NCBI GenBank assembly: GCA_036785375.1
Contig: JAWMAR010000433.1
Location: forward strand, 496,001 to 560,000
Direction: 5' to 3'
Length of the DNA: 64,000 bases
Source of the DNA: Leucoraja ocellata
Taxonomy: Eukaryota
Shown: piece by piece, positions 26,451 through 37,985 of the stretch
How positions within the stretch are numbered: position 1 is the first letter of the stretch
Layout of the letters: every line of letters begins with the position of its first letter
Notes under the pieces: model-generated
The model's input: only the letters and a program-made list of their open reading frames with translations
What the model was told of the DNA's origin: nothing
The model's database searches: none
Position numbers and translations under genes: made by a program

Positions 26451-26810
26451 GTATGAGGAAAAAAAGGGAAGGTCTGATATATGTAGCTATGTAAGGTAAG
26501 AATGGGAAGTGAGTTCAGGAATGGTTTGGTGGGAGGTGGGTGCCATAAGGATAAATGATGATTGATTAGGGAAGCATCAGAAGTGACTATAATAAGAAAG
26601 AGGTGATGATAAGTAATCAAAAATATGTGATAGAGGGGAGAAAGTCATGTGTAAATGTTACCAGGAAGGAGAATAATGGGTTAAAGTCTCACAATAACAT
26701 AAGCATATTTCAAATACTTAGCTTACTGGCTACAACCTGCACTAGGCCTTTACGAAACATTGCATTTCTACATATAGATCTATTTTTCCTAAATCCAGCC
26801 AGGAACAGCG

Positions 26811-27530
26811 AGTGAGGCCACCAGCAGTGGCTGCCTCGCAACAGTCTGTCAGTCCTTTCTTCTTTTTGTTATTTTTAGAATGTGTTAAAAATATGTTTTA
26901 GTGTTCCTTGGTTTGTTTTTGTGTGGGGGGGGGGAGGGGGGGGGGCTGGGGGAAACGTTTTGTCAATCTCTCACCTCGATGGAGATGCAATTTTTTTTCT
27001 GTATCGCACCTCCTTCCCCACTGCGGCTTAACATCGTGGAGTTGGCGGCCTTTCCTGGAAACCGACCCGGTGCTCCAAGCCATAGCCATAGGAGTCTGCG
27101 GGACTTTAACATCGTGGAGCTTGCGATCCCTTTGCCGGGGATCGAAGTTCCAACCACGGGGCCTGTGGACTTTAACATCGTGAAGCCCGCGGTCTCTGGT
27201 AAAAAGAGGTCGATTCGGGAGATTCATGCGGCGGAGAGTGTTTCAATTGCCCCGACCCAGGAGTTTCGATCACCCCAACTTCGATCTGGGCTTCGATCGT
27301 CGGCTGCGGGGGCTTTGACTGCCCTGACTGTGGGAGAACAAAGAGGAAGAAGATTGAACTTTATTGCCTTCCATCACAGTGAGGAATGTGGAATCCACTG
27401 TGGTGGATGTTTATGTTAACTTTTATGTGGTTGTGTGTCTTGTTGCTTTTTATTTAGTATGGGTGATGGTAACTCATATTTCACTGTACCTTAATTGGTA
27501 CGTGACAATAAACTGACCTTGAAACCTTGG
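26811..27530 (+). mobile_element. Related GC-rich Rex-tailed retroposon with internal tandem units
   Basis: Same layout: tggctgcc head, T-rich tract, G-run, GC-rich body and gtgacaataaa...ccttgaaa tail. ttaacatcgtg occurs three times. Confidence 0.68.
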
Positions 27531-28351
27531 AAACACGGCTCTGTCCCAAACAATTTTGCACGTAGCTCCTTACCTGCATGTTCCAAAGGACTAACATGTT
27601 TCAAATGTGAGCCCTGGTTAGTGCACAACTCAAGTTCACAAATGTCTATCTCAGACCCCATCTATTTCTAACTGTCTCCTCCCACATGTACACGGACGAT
27701 ATTCTGCTTTCCATTTTATTTCTTTGTTTGTTCACAGGATGTTTAATTTATTTGAGTTTTTAGTTTAGTTTAGTTTATTGTCATGTGTATCAAAGTGCAG
27801 TGAAAAGCTTTTTGTTGCGTGCTATCCAGTCAACGGAAAGACTAATATATGATTACAATCGAGCCTTCCACAGTGTACAGATACATGATAAGGGAATAAT
27901 GTTCAGTGAAATATAATATCTAGTAAAGTCTGATTAAAGATAGTCCGAGAGTCTCTAATGAGGTAGATAGTAGGTCAGGAAGGCTCTCTAGTTGTTGATA
28001 GGATGGTTCAGTTGCCTGATAACAGCTGGCAAGAAACTGTCCTTGAATCTAGAGGTGTGCATTTTCATACATCTGTATCTCTTGTCTGATGGGATAGGGG
28101 AGAAGAGGGAGTGACCGAGGTGAGACTCAGCCTAGATTCTGCTGGTGGCCTTGCTGAGGTAGTGTGAAGTGTAAATAGACTTAATGGAAGGGACATTAGT
28201 TTGCCTGATGGTCCGGGCTGTGTCCACAACTCACCGCAATCTTTTGCAGTCTTGGATGGAGCTGTTCCCAAACCATGCTGTGATGCATCCCGATGAAATA
28301 TTTTTGTGTAGAAGTTGGTGAGAGTTGTTGGGGACTTGCTGAACCTCCTAA

Positions 28352-28637
28352 AGGCACTGTCACTCTTTCCCAAGTTACTCACAAATTCTCCAGAGTTTTC
28401 CCCTTGATTCAAACTCGGAGATGCCAGCCGTAGGTACTCGGGGCTATTTCTTTTACTCGTGGACATTTTTCAACATGCTGAAAAAACATCCCAACTTACC
28501 TGATGCCCAGAGTACCTATGACTGGCATTACGAGCCGCTACGAAATATCTACGGACTCCTACAGCCTCCTACGGACTTGCTACGGACTACGAAAACTCAG
28601 GAGAATTTGTGAGTAACTCGGGAGTGGGACAGGCCCT
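28352..28637. mobile_element. Harbinger-like MITE inside a Rex LINE
   Basis: Ends aggcactgtc...gtgggacaggccct. TAA/TTA flanks. Confidence 0.75.
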
Positions 28638-28649
28638 TTAGACTTCTAA

Positions 28650-28999
28650 AGGGCCTGTCCCACCAGCATGCGATTGCATGCGTCTAGCACAACCAAACGT
28701 GGTCGCTAGAGGCGTACGGCGTCGCGGGGCATATGCCTAGCGCGTGGCATTGCGGGTGACGTCACCGCCCGGCGTGCCATTGTGTGATGACTTCACCGCC
28801 CGACGCCGTGCGATGTCCAAATTCAGTCGGTCCACCTCCTGCCCAGCTGATAGGTGAGTATGATGTCGGGACCAGCCCCGCACAACTCCATACGGCTCCG
28901 CGGTTCGAATTGGGACCGACCCCATGAGGCCAAACGCCTCAAGCAACCATATTTGGTCGCGCTAGACGCATCCAATTGCATGCTGGTGGGATAGGCCCT
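28650..28999. mobile_element. Harbinger-like MITE inside a Rex LINE
   Basis: Long TIR of about 50 bp beginning agggcctgtcccaccagcatgc. TAA TSD on both sides. Confidence 0.85.
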
Positions 29000-29545
29000 T
29001 AAGGAAGCAGGGGTGTTAGTGCTTTCTTGATCTTTTCTTTGATATGGGTAGTCCAGGGCAGGTTGCTGGTGATATTTGCTGCTGAAACATGAAGCTTTCA
29101 ACCATCTCTACTTTGGCACCGTTAATGTGGAACATGGTATGTGGCTTTTTGCTTCCTGAAGTCGAGCACTACCTCCTTTGTCTTGCTGACATTGAGAGAG
29201 AGGTAGTTGTCTTGACACCAGGTCACAGTGTTCTTAGTCTCCTTCCTGTACTCACCTTTGTTTGATATCCGACCCACAACAGTGATATCGCCCATAAATT
29301 TGTAAATTTGTAAAATTGGATCTCTTACAAAACTTGATTTTTTGTGCATCCCTAAAAGCTCTTGAATCAAAGAGATGGTGATGAGTCATCCAGAACATTG
29401 CACCTGTGATTACATACAGGCTGAATTAGGTCTGGAAGGTAGATCACCTTCACTGAAGCTCATCACTGTACCACCAGTCCTTTACAACAGTTAGGTGGTC
29501 TCACTGATACCATCATTAGTGCTGGGTTTTTATTCAATACCATTT

Positions 29546-29862
29546 GGTGGCATGGTGGCGCATCAGTAGAGTTGCTGCCTTGCAGCGTCAGAGACCTGGT
29601 TCGATCCTGACTGTGGGTGCTGTCTATATGGAGTTTGTACGTTCTCCCTGTGACCTGACTGGGTTTTCTCTGAGATTTCCGGTTTCCTCCCACATTCCAA
29701 AGATGTACAGGTTTGTAGGTTAATTGGCTTGGCATATTAGTAAATTGTCCTTGGTATGTGTAGGATAGGATTAGTTTGCGTGGATCACTAGTTGGCGCAG
29801 ATTCAGTAAGCCGAAGGGCTGATTTCCACGCTGTATCTCTAAACTAAACAATTAAACTAAAC
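29546..29862 (+). mobile_element. HE1/V-SINE-like SINE
   Basis: A and B boxes, V core, ctaaactaaa tail. Confidence 0.88.
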
Positions 29863-31602
29863 ATTGAATTCCTCTAATTTAAATTCCCCAGCTGCCATCA
29901 TGGGATTCAAATTTAAGTCTCTGTACCAACGGTCCAGACATTAGCAAGCTTATCCAGTAAGTTATCCGATATATTACTGTAGATCAGGGGTGGGGAACAT
30001 TTTCATGTTGAAATGCCGCATTAAGTTAGCTGTAATCTAATAAGGCCGCATCCAAGAAACTTCAATTAGATATACTTCAAAATGTACATTTAAAAAAAAA
30101 AATCTAACTACTATATACTAACTTCAAGAAAATGAAAACATTGTGTTAATTCTAAAGTTCCAAAAACCTGGACCCACTGCAGTTTGACTACTGCCACAAC
30201 AGATCAACGGTGGATGCGATCTCGCTGGCCCTCCACTCCGCTCTGGACCACTTGGACAACAAAAACTCATATGTCAGTTTGTTATTCATTGATTACAGCT
30301 CGGCATTTAATACAATCATCCCCTCCAAGCTGGTTACCAAGCTCTCTGGTAATCTGGGTCTCTGCGCATCCCTCTGCAATTAGATCCTCGACTTCCTCAT
30401 TCAAAGACTGTTCATATTGGTGGAAATGTGTCAGCCTTGATAACAATCAGCACGGGAGCACCTCAAGGCTGCGTGCTCAGCCCCCTGCTGTACTCACTCT
30501 ATAATCATGACTGTGTAGCCGGTCATAGTGTAAACTCCATCATCAAGTTCGCTGATGACACCACTGTTGTGGGACGTATCACTGATGGGGACGAGTCAGA
30601 GTATAGAAGAGAGATCGACCGACTGACCAAATGGTGCCAGCACAATAACCTGGCCCTCAACACCAGCAAAACCAAGGAACTGATTGTGGACTTTGGAAGG
30701 GGTAGGTTGGGGACCCACTCCCGTTTATATCAATGGGTCAATGGTGGAGAAGGTCAAGAGCTTCAAATTCCTGGGCGTGCGTATTTCGGAAGATCTCTCC
30801 TGAGAACACTGATGCAATTATTAGGAAAGCACATCAGCGACTCTACTTCCTGAGAAGATTACGGAGAGTCGGTATTTCAAGGAGGACTCTCTCTAACTTC
30901 TACTGGTGCACAGTAGTAGAGAGCATGCTGACCGGTTGCATCGTGGCTTGGTTCGGCAACTTGAGCGCCCAGGAATGGAAAAGACTACAAAAAGTAGTAA
31001 ACACTGCCCAGTCCATTATCAGCTCTGACCTCCCTACCATCGAGGGGATCTATCGCAGTCGCTGCCTCAAAAAGGCTGCCAGCATTTAGATTAGATTAGA
31101 TTAGATTCAACTTTATTGTCAGGTACAGGTACAACAAAATGCAGTTTAGCATCTAATCAGAGTGCAAGGTAGTAAAATGCTGATTAAAACAATATATACA
31201 AATGAGGATAAATTGATCTATGTACATAGGCAAATAAATATATACAGATAAAAGATTGACATGTGTTATATTCTGGTGAATAGAACTTAACAGTAAATTT
31301 TACTTCGGAGTCACGTGAGTGACTACGTGAAGAACCCCGCCAGGACGCATGCGTGTCATATCGCTACACGCATTGCGAAACAGTCATGCAGGTGGAACGA
31401 CGTTCCCCCTCAGCGGCAGAATTTAAAAGCCGGGAACTGCAGGTAAGAAATACTCTGCGTTCTTTTTTGTTCCACTTACTGTGTTACAGGTGGAGCCAAT
31501 GGACAGGACAAAGAAAATAAGAAGGCTGCGACAAAGCTGGCGGGGGAGAACCGCGGAGTTGCGGGCAGCCAGCAGCGGCCAACGGCACACAAATCGCCCG
31601 TA

Positions 31603-32646
31603 ATGGGAACAGCTGTGCCCGACTTCGCCCCTGCACCGGCCAGATCTACACCGCGGCCGAACGGTAAGGCAAAGCAAATATCTGATAGAGTCGTTGACTC
31701 CGATGAGTCCGACTTTCAGCAGCCGCGAGCGGACAGTGACCGAGAGCATTGGAGCCGGTTGGAGCGGCTGATGGAGCAAATACTCCAACGTGACAGGCTC
31801 CGGGAGATGGAGGCTAGTCACTGTGGGCAATTTGTAAGTCCTACAGCAGTACCTCTTGTAGGGCTGCACAGTGCTTCTCCCTCGTCAGAGGGGAGTACTG
31901 GGGGTCAATTCTGGGCTGACCCTGAAGAGGGGTTTGCAGAACAAACAACAAGTGTGCGAGGGGTGCAAGAAAACGAAAATTTACTGGACATGGTGTCCCA
32001 ATTCATACAACCAGACCTAACTGGCCAAAAGCTGGAACCAAAACTAGCTGCCAGTATTGACTATATGTCATTTAAGCAGCTACAAGGACAGGCATTAATG
32101 GACACCACTGCAAGACACTTACCACCAGGGAACTGTACATCACTGAATGTTCCCATTGTAAACCAGTGCATAAGGAAACACGTCGGAGCAGCAATTAGAG
32201 CTAGGGACTTGAAATTCTAAAAAGTACTGAAGGTCCTAACAGCGGGAATTACAGCTTTCGCCCGCACAATAGATGAAAAAGACATGTCACAGGATCAACA
32301 GGATGCACTTGCTTTATTCAGTAACACTCAATACGAAATAAACAGTATTAGGAAGAGTGCCATCCAACCCGCTTTAGACCCTAAATTTGCAGGTCTGTGC
32401 AAACCTGGAACCCCCAAACCACCAATTCTACTATTTGGAGGTAATCTATCCAAACAAGTGAAAGAACTCGATGAGGAGGCAAAAACCCTGGGGCTCATCA
32501 AAGCAACATCAGCTAAAACCTACTTCAGCCACAAACAGCACCCTTACGCACCCACCAGTCGAACAAGACAAACTGGTGAAAGCTCAAAGGCCAGGTACAG
32601 CGAACATCGGTCTTTTTTAGGCCTTGGCCCAGACCGGCGTTCGTAG
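31603..32646 (+). pseudogene. DIRS ORF1 (gag-like) with one premature stop at 32218-32220
   Basis: ORFs 31603-32220 and 32284-32646 share one frame across a single TAA. They lie upstream of the RT and contain a LFGGNL motif of the kind seen in DIRS ORF1. True start uncertain. Confidence 0.75.
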
Positions 32647-32708
32647 AAGATGCACAAACCCCCAACACCAACCCAACCACAGACCCAGACACCGGCGCCT
32701 CAACGTCC

Positions 32709-34198
32709 ATGAAGGATACCGAGAAAGAAGTAAACCTACCACTGGTAACCATGGAGGAAGGTGGGTCTGGTTCCTTACGAATTAAAGGGAGCATGGAGGT
32801 TGGTGGGAGATTACATTTCTATCTGGATGCATGGAATAAGTTAACTACCGACACTTATATTTTAAGCAGTATCCAGGGATATACCATAGAATTTATACAT
32901 AAACATAACCCTCCAGTTCAGCATGTACCGAACCGAATGTTCGTGCTTTCAGGCAAAGAAAAATCAAAAGCACACGCTGAACTGGAGCAGCTTTATGAAA
33001 AAGGGGTAATTGAAAAAACCCAACACAAATCAATGGAATTCGTGTCCAATATCTTTATCAAAAACAAAAAAGATGGTGGTTGTCGCATCAACATAGATTT
33101 GACTAATTTGAATACTTTCGTACAATATATTAATTTCAAGATGGAAACCTTTGTTACTGCTAAGCAATTGATTTCCAAAGGTTACTACATGGCAAGTATC
33201 GATTTAAAAGATGCTTACTATTCAGTACCTATACGAGGTGACAGATGTTATTTAAAATTCAACTGGATGGGTCAGCTCATGGCAGTACAGAGCACTACCT
33301 AATGATCTAACATCAGCCCCCAGGCTGTTCACAAAAATATTGAAACCAGCCCTAGCGTTTCTGCGGGAACAAAAACACATGGTGATGGCATATCTAGACG
33401 ACATACTTATTGTGGGAAAAACTTTGGAATTGGCTAAACAAACGGTAACAGCCACAAAACAATTATTTGAAAAACTGGGTTTTATCATCCATCCAGTTAA
33501 ATCTAAATTAACGCCTTCTACCACAATGGATTATTTGGGGTTCACCATTAACTCAGTTCACATGTCGGTGACTTTGCCTAAGGAAAAGGTTACAGCCTTA
33601 ACAGAGGCTTGCAGTAAACCCCATTGACATCAGTAAACCATCCATCAGATTGGTAGCAAGAATAATTGGCAAAATAGTGGCTGCCTTTCCAGCCACACAA
33701 TTCGGACCTTTACATTATCAAAATTTACAGAGGACAAAAATACGAGCACTCAAAATTAATGGTGGTCATTTTGACAGACCAATGAAGCTACCAACCGAGG
33801 CCATAATGGAACTAAAATGGTGGAAAGATAACATTCGGCATTGTTCCAACCCAATCATTATCAGCAACCCGTCTATAGTACTACAAACTGATGCCAGTGC
33901 ACTTGGTTGGGGTGCTACCAATTCCATCTCCAGCTGTGGAGGTAGATGGAATGCACAGGAGGCATCATTATTACAAACACTGGGCATAAACTACCTGGAA
34001 ATGTTGGGTGCATTCCATAGCCTTAAGTCATATTGTTCTGGGTTATATCACCAGCATGTTAGACTACAAATTGACAATACCACCGTGGTAGCATATATCA
34101 ACCACATGGGTGGAAACAAATCGACATTATGTGACAATCTGGCCAACACAATTTGGCAATGGTGTATCCAGAAAAATATTTGGATATCAGCTACCTAA
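32709..34198 (+). pseudogene. DIRS reverse transcriptase and RNase H, frameshifted
   Basis: RT motifs VGGRL..F...W, KKDGG.R..IDL..LN, IDLKDAYYSVP and YLDDIL. RNase H motifs TDAS..GWGA, INYLEM and DNTTVVAYINHMGG. Split over three ORFs. Confidence 0.93.
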
Positions 34199-34219
34199 TT
34201 ACACGGTAAACTAGATTTA

Positions 34220-34675
34220 ATGGCAGACACCAGGTCAGGCAAATTTAATGAAAACACTGAATGGATGTTGGATAAAAAAGTATTTGCTGATATTGCAGCA
34301 TGGTATGGAACACCAGATATTGATCTATTCGCATCCAGGCTTAATCACCAGTTATCAAACTATGTTTCATGGGAACCAGACCCTGGGGCAGCAGCGACAG
34401 ATGCATTTTCGCTGCATTGGGGGAGATTGTTTATTTATGCATTCCCTCCTTTCTGCCTCATCAGTCAGGTATTAAGGAAAATACAGCAAGACTCTGCGCC
34501 TGGTATTTTGGTAGTACCCGATTGGCCTACTCAACCATGGTTCCCTGTGATACTCGACATGGTATTAGAACCATGCATCACCATCCGGAATAGACCAGAT
34601 TTACTGGTTCATCCCGTAATAAGGGAAAGCCACCCATGTTATAACCATATGAACTTATTAATTTGTAGAGTTTAA
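34220..34675 (+). pseudogene. DIRS C-terminal DNA N6-adenine methyltransferase-like (MT) domain
   Basis: Motifs IDLFAS..N, DAF..W, YAFPPF and LVVPDWPTQPWF, typical of the phage-Dam-like domain after RNase H in DIRS1 elements. Separated from RNase H by a stop. Confidence 0.85.
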
Positions 34676-34713
34676 AAGCACCTCTACTGCATCTGGGACT
34701 GACGGACCGAACA

Positions 34714-35601
34714 GTGGACATTATTTCAGCGGCCCACAGACAGTCCACCAAAAAACTGTACCTGGTGTACATCAGGAAATGGGAAATGTACTGTCACAAC
34801 AACAACATCAACCACAGATCAATGAACATCCCGTCTGTTCTGGAATTCCTGGCAGGCCTCCATTACGATGAGGGGCTCAGTTATAGTGCCATCAACTGCG
34901 CCAGAAGTGCTCTGTCAACATACTTATGGCAAGGAACAGAGCAGCATTCTGTTGGGACACACCCCCTGGTAACTAAACTTATGAGGGGAATTTTTAATGT
35001 AAATCCCCCAAGAACCAGGTACTCCCTAATATGGGATGTGAGCATTGTACTGACCATGCTAAGGAACTGGTCTCCAGCTACAGCTCTGTCCCTACAGAAA
35101 CTGACACTAAAAACAGTCATGCTGATGGCCTTGGTCACAGCACAAAGGGTACAGTCGCTACATAAATTAAGGCTGGACAACATGACTTCTTCATCTGGAC
35201 ACTTAACTTTTCACATCAATGAATTAGTCAAGCAGAACAGACAGGGGTCAGCAGGCCTAAAAATAGAATTTAGGGCCTACCCGACAGATGATCGTCTCTG
35301 TATAGTAAGACACTTACTATTATATATGGAGTATACAAAAATCATCAGATGCAAAGAAATGGCACTTTTAATCAGCCTCAAACAACCACACAAAAAAGTG
35401 ACAGTCCAGACCATCTCGAGATGGCTGAAACAGGTCCTAATAAAGGCTGGAGTGGATACTAACATTTTAAAATCTCACTCCACCAAGGCTGCAGCTACAT
35501 CGGTAGCTATGCAGTTGGATGTTCCGATGGACCAAATCCTCAAGACAGCAGGATGGTCAACGGAGAAAACTTTTTCGATTTTATCACAAATCAGTAATTA
35601 A
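34714..35601 (+). pseudogene. DIRS tyrosine recombinase with N-terminal SAM-like domain
   Basis: Motifs L.YS.I..ARSALS, WDV..VL, TAQRVQ (catalytic R), HSTK (HxxR box with R>K) and AGWS. An apparent frameshift near 35570 removes the catalytic FY from the frame. Confidence 0.92.
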
Positions 35602-35807
35602 ACCTGGAACGTATGCAGAAACAATTTTAAGTTCTGTAATATAATTTTACCCCATAAATAGGGGCTATAATTTGGTGTTAATAAATTTATCGTTGATTTC
35701 AACGTCGAATTCATGTCTAATAATGTTAACACTATTCTTCCCATAATCATCAAGACAGATGTGATGCATGGACTCGTTTCCACGGCATGAAATCACAGCT
35801 TTAAAAT

Positions 35808-35918
35808 CTTCACGTAGTCACTCACGTGATTCCGACGTAATATAGTAAGATTAAACGAGAACTTATCAGTTCGAAGTTTGATCGTTATTTTATGAGGAGT
35901 ACATTGAGGGAATACGTG
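35808..35918 (+). repeat. DIRS internal complementary region (ICR)
   Basis: 35808-35840 is the reverse complement of 31300-31332. 35842-35918 is the reverse complement of 36056-36132. Few mismatches. Confidence 0.93.
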
Positions 35919-36954
35919 CCCTCCGCTCCCACCCTTGATCATATACTTAACTGGTATCTTCTTCTCTAATCTTACTATGTTTAGTCATTACAGTTATCTG
36001 TGATTTCACACAGCTGCTTTGAAGAATGACACGCATGCATCCTGGTGGGGTTCTTCACGCATTCTCTCAACGTACTCCTCATAAAATAACGATCAAACTT
36101 CAAACTGGTAAGTTCTCGTTCTATCTTACTATTGTATAAACTATAAATAATACTGATGAGAAAGGGGGGGGGGGGGGGGGGGCTGGCGCCGGGCCTGTGA
36201 GTTCAGCAGGGTAATGGTGTTTTGGAAGAAACTGTTCCTTAGCCTGCTGGTGCGAGACCTGAGGCTCCTGTACCACCTCCCTGATGGGAGCAGGGCAAAC
36301 AGACCATGGTTGGGGTGTGAGGGGTCCTTAATGATTTTGCCAGCCCGTCTCAGACACCATGTGTGGTGAAGGACGGCCATGGCAGGGAGCGGGGCACCGG
36401 TGATGTGATGGCTGGTTTTCACCACCCGTTGCAGTGCCTTCCTGTCAGCTGTGGTGCAGCTGCTGTACCACACCGTAAAGCAGGTGGTCATGATGCTTTC
36501 TATGGTACAGCGGTAGAAGTTGGACAGGATCTGAGGGGACAGGTGAACTTTCCTAAGCCTCCTCAGAAAGTAGAGGCGCAGCATCATCAAGGACCCACAC
36601 CATCCTGGCCACACTCATCTCCCCACTACCTTCAGGTAGAAGGTACAGGAGCCTGAAGACTGCAACAACCAGGTTCAGGAATAGCTACTTCCCCACAGCC
36701 ATCAGGCTATTAAACTCAACTGAAACAAATCTCTGAACACTTACAGACCATTATATGTTTATTGGCATTCATCTTCATCTGCTTATTTATTGATGTATGT
36801 ATATATTTATATAATGGTATATGGACTCACTGATATGATATGTTCTGTATTCGTGCCTACTATATTCCGTTGTGCTGATGCAAAGCAAGAATTTCATTGT
36901 CCCATCTGGGACATATGACAATAAACTCTCTTGACTTGACTTGAACTAACATTT

Positions 36955-37985
36955 TAATTACTTTCTTGTGGCTGCTTTTTGTGGGAAAGTATTTGAATAT
37001 TTGGTTGAAACCAGGCACGTACCGTCAGGGTAGGCAAGTTGGGCAGTGCCTACCCTGACTAAAATTATAAAATGATAATTATTTTATATATATATATAAC
37101 ATATATAAAATGGTCATTAATAGTAAAGGCACGGGAGAATTATGCTTCCCTAAGAGATCGATCTCCGAGGGAAGCATAATTCTCCCGTGCCTTTCATCCG
37201 CAGTACATTTAAAACGCGGACGTATGTGCTACTCATGTGCCGTCGACGATGCTTCAAGCCATCAGTGGGAATGGTCCGTAAATGCAGCTGAAATTCTGCC
37301 TTTACACCATGGACAGCGTGCATGTGCTGCGCTCCGCACTGCGCATTCGCACCAGCCTGCTGCGCATGTGCAAGTTTCTTGGCGGGTTTTTCAAAGATGT
37401 ATAGTGATTACCTGAAGAGTTTCTCAAAGCAAACTTACGAGGAAAAGACCAATGGCAGAACTTAAAGAACTTCAACAGTGTAAAGGAACAAAAATAATTA
37501 GAACATTTGAAACAGCTTGGTACAACAGGAAACAAAGAGAGAAGACTGGATTTTGTTTACAAATAATATGGTAAGTAAATTTCTTTGAGCTATATGTTTT
37601 TAAATACTTTATTAAGAGATAGGACCTATTGAAGACAAATTACTTGATAAAAATCGAGAGAACAATCTGCGCATGCACGGTTTCCACGATTTTTAAAAAA
37701 AGCCGGCTGACAGCTCACAGGGAGAGAACAATCTGCGCATGCGCGGTTTTCAAGATTTTTAAAAGCCACGGCCTACCCTGACTAATTACTCACGGCACGT
37801 GTCTGGTTGCAACATGGAGGTTCGCGGTTTCAGCTGATCTTCTAGATGGCTATCCGTTATTTGTGACTTTGATTTGGGTTAGGTAGGAGAATGTAGATTC
37901 GCAGCAATAAGTGGCTGAAAAGCAAGAAAGCATTTTTTGGACATGTTGCCGAAGACGTGGGTATTCTATTGCATTTTCCATATCT
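36955..37985 (-). pseudogene. hAT transposase C-terminal dimerisation-domain remnant, split by a MITE
   Basis: Manual translation EYPRLRQHVQKMLSCFSATYCCESTFSYLTQIK...TDSHLEDQLK.RTSMLQP, continuing past the 37012-37805 insert as NIQILSHKKQPQESN*. Matches the F.STY.CE..FS motif of Charlie-type transposases. Confidence 0.8.
37012..37805. mobile_element. Non-autonomous hAT-like element
   Basis: Imperfect TIR caggcacgtaccgt/acggcacgtgtctg. 8-bp TSD gttgaaac/gttgcaac. Subterminal gcctaccctgac repeats. Confidence 0.8.

Larger units (their letters stand above)
27758..29310 (-). mobile_element. Rex1/Babar LINE 3' part carrying two MITEs
   Basis: KFMGDITVVGRI and WCQDNYLSLNVSKTKE (29122-29370), TLTNFY, (tttag)n tail. 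Confidence 0.82.
31297..36133 (+). mobile_element. DIRS1-type tyrosine-recombinase retrotransposon, full length, coding-defective
   Basis: Domain order gag-RT-RNase H-MT-YR. Left terminus (31326-31359) is inverted in the right terminus (36026-36059). Internal complementary region at 35808-35918 matches both ends. ATT trinucleotide at both junctions. Confidence 0.96.
31086..36578 (-). mobile_element. Rex1/Babar LINE 3' fragment, antisense, interrupted by the DIRS
   Basis: ORF 36141-36614 reads RLYFLRRLRK...NFYRCTIES...LPSGR.YRS. The (ttaga)n tail and tttattgtc lie at 31086-31120. 6-bp TSD cagcat. Confidence 0.85.
30160..36944 (+). mobile_element. Rex1/Babar LINE, 5'-truncated, interrupted between 31086 and 36578
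   Basis: RT motifs TGAPQGCVLSPLLYSLY and KFADDTTVVG, plus QRLYFLRRLR. Sequence resumes at 36579 after a duplicated cagcat. Ends in gacaataaa and a (cttga)n tail. Confidence 0.9.

Noticed and set aside
34220-35601. Methyltransferase plus integrase read as a prophage, bacterial contaminant or novel defence system
   Set aside because: Both are standard DIRS1 domains lying between DIRS termini.
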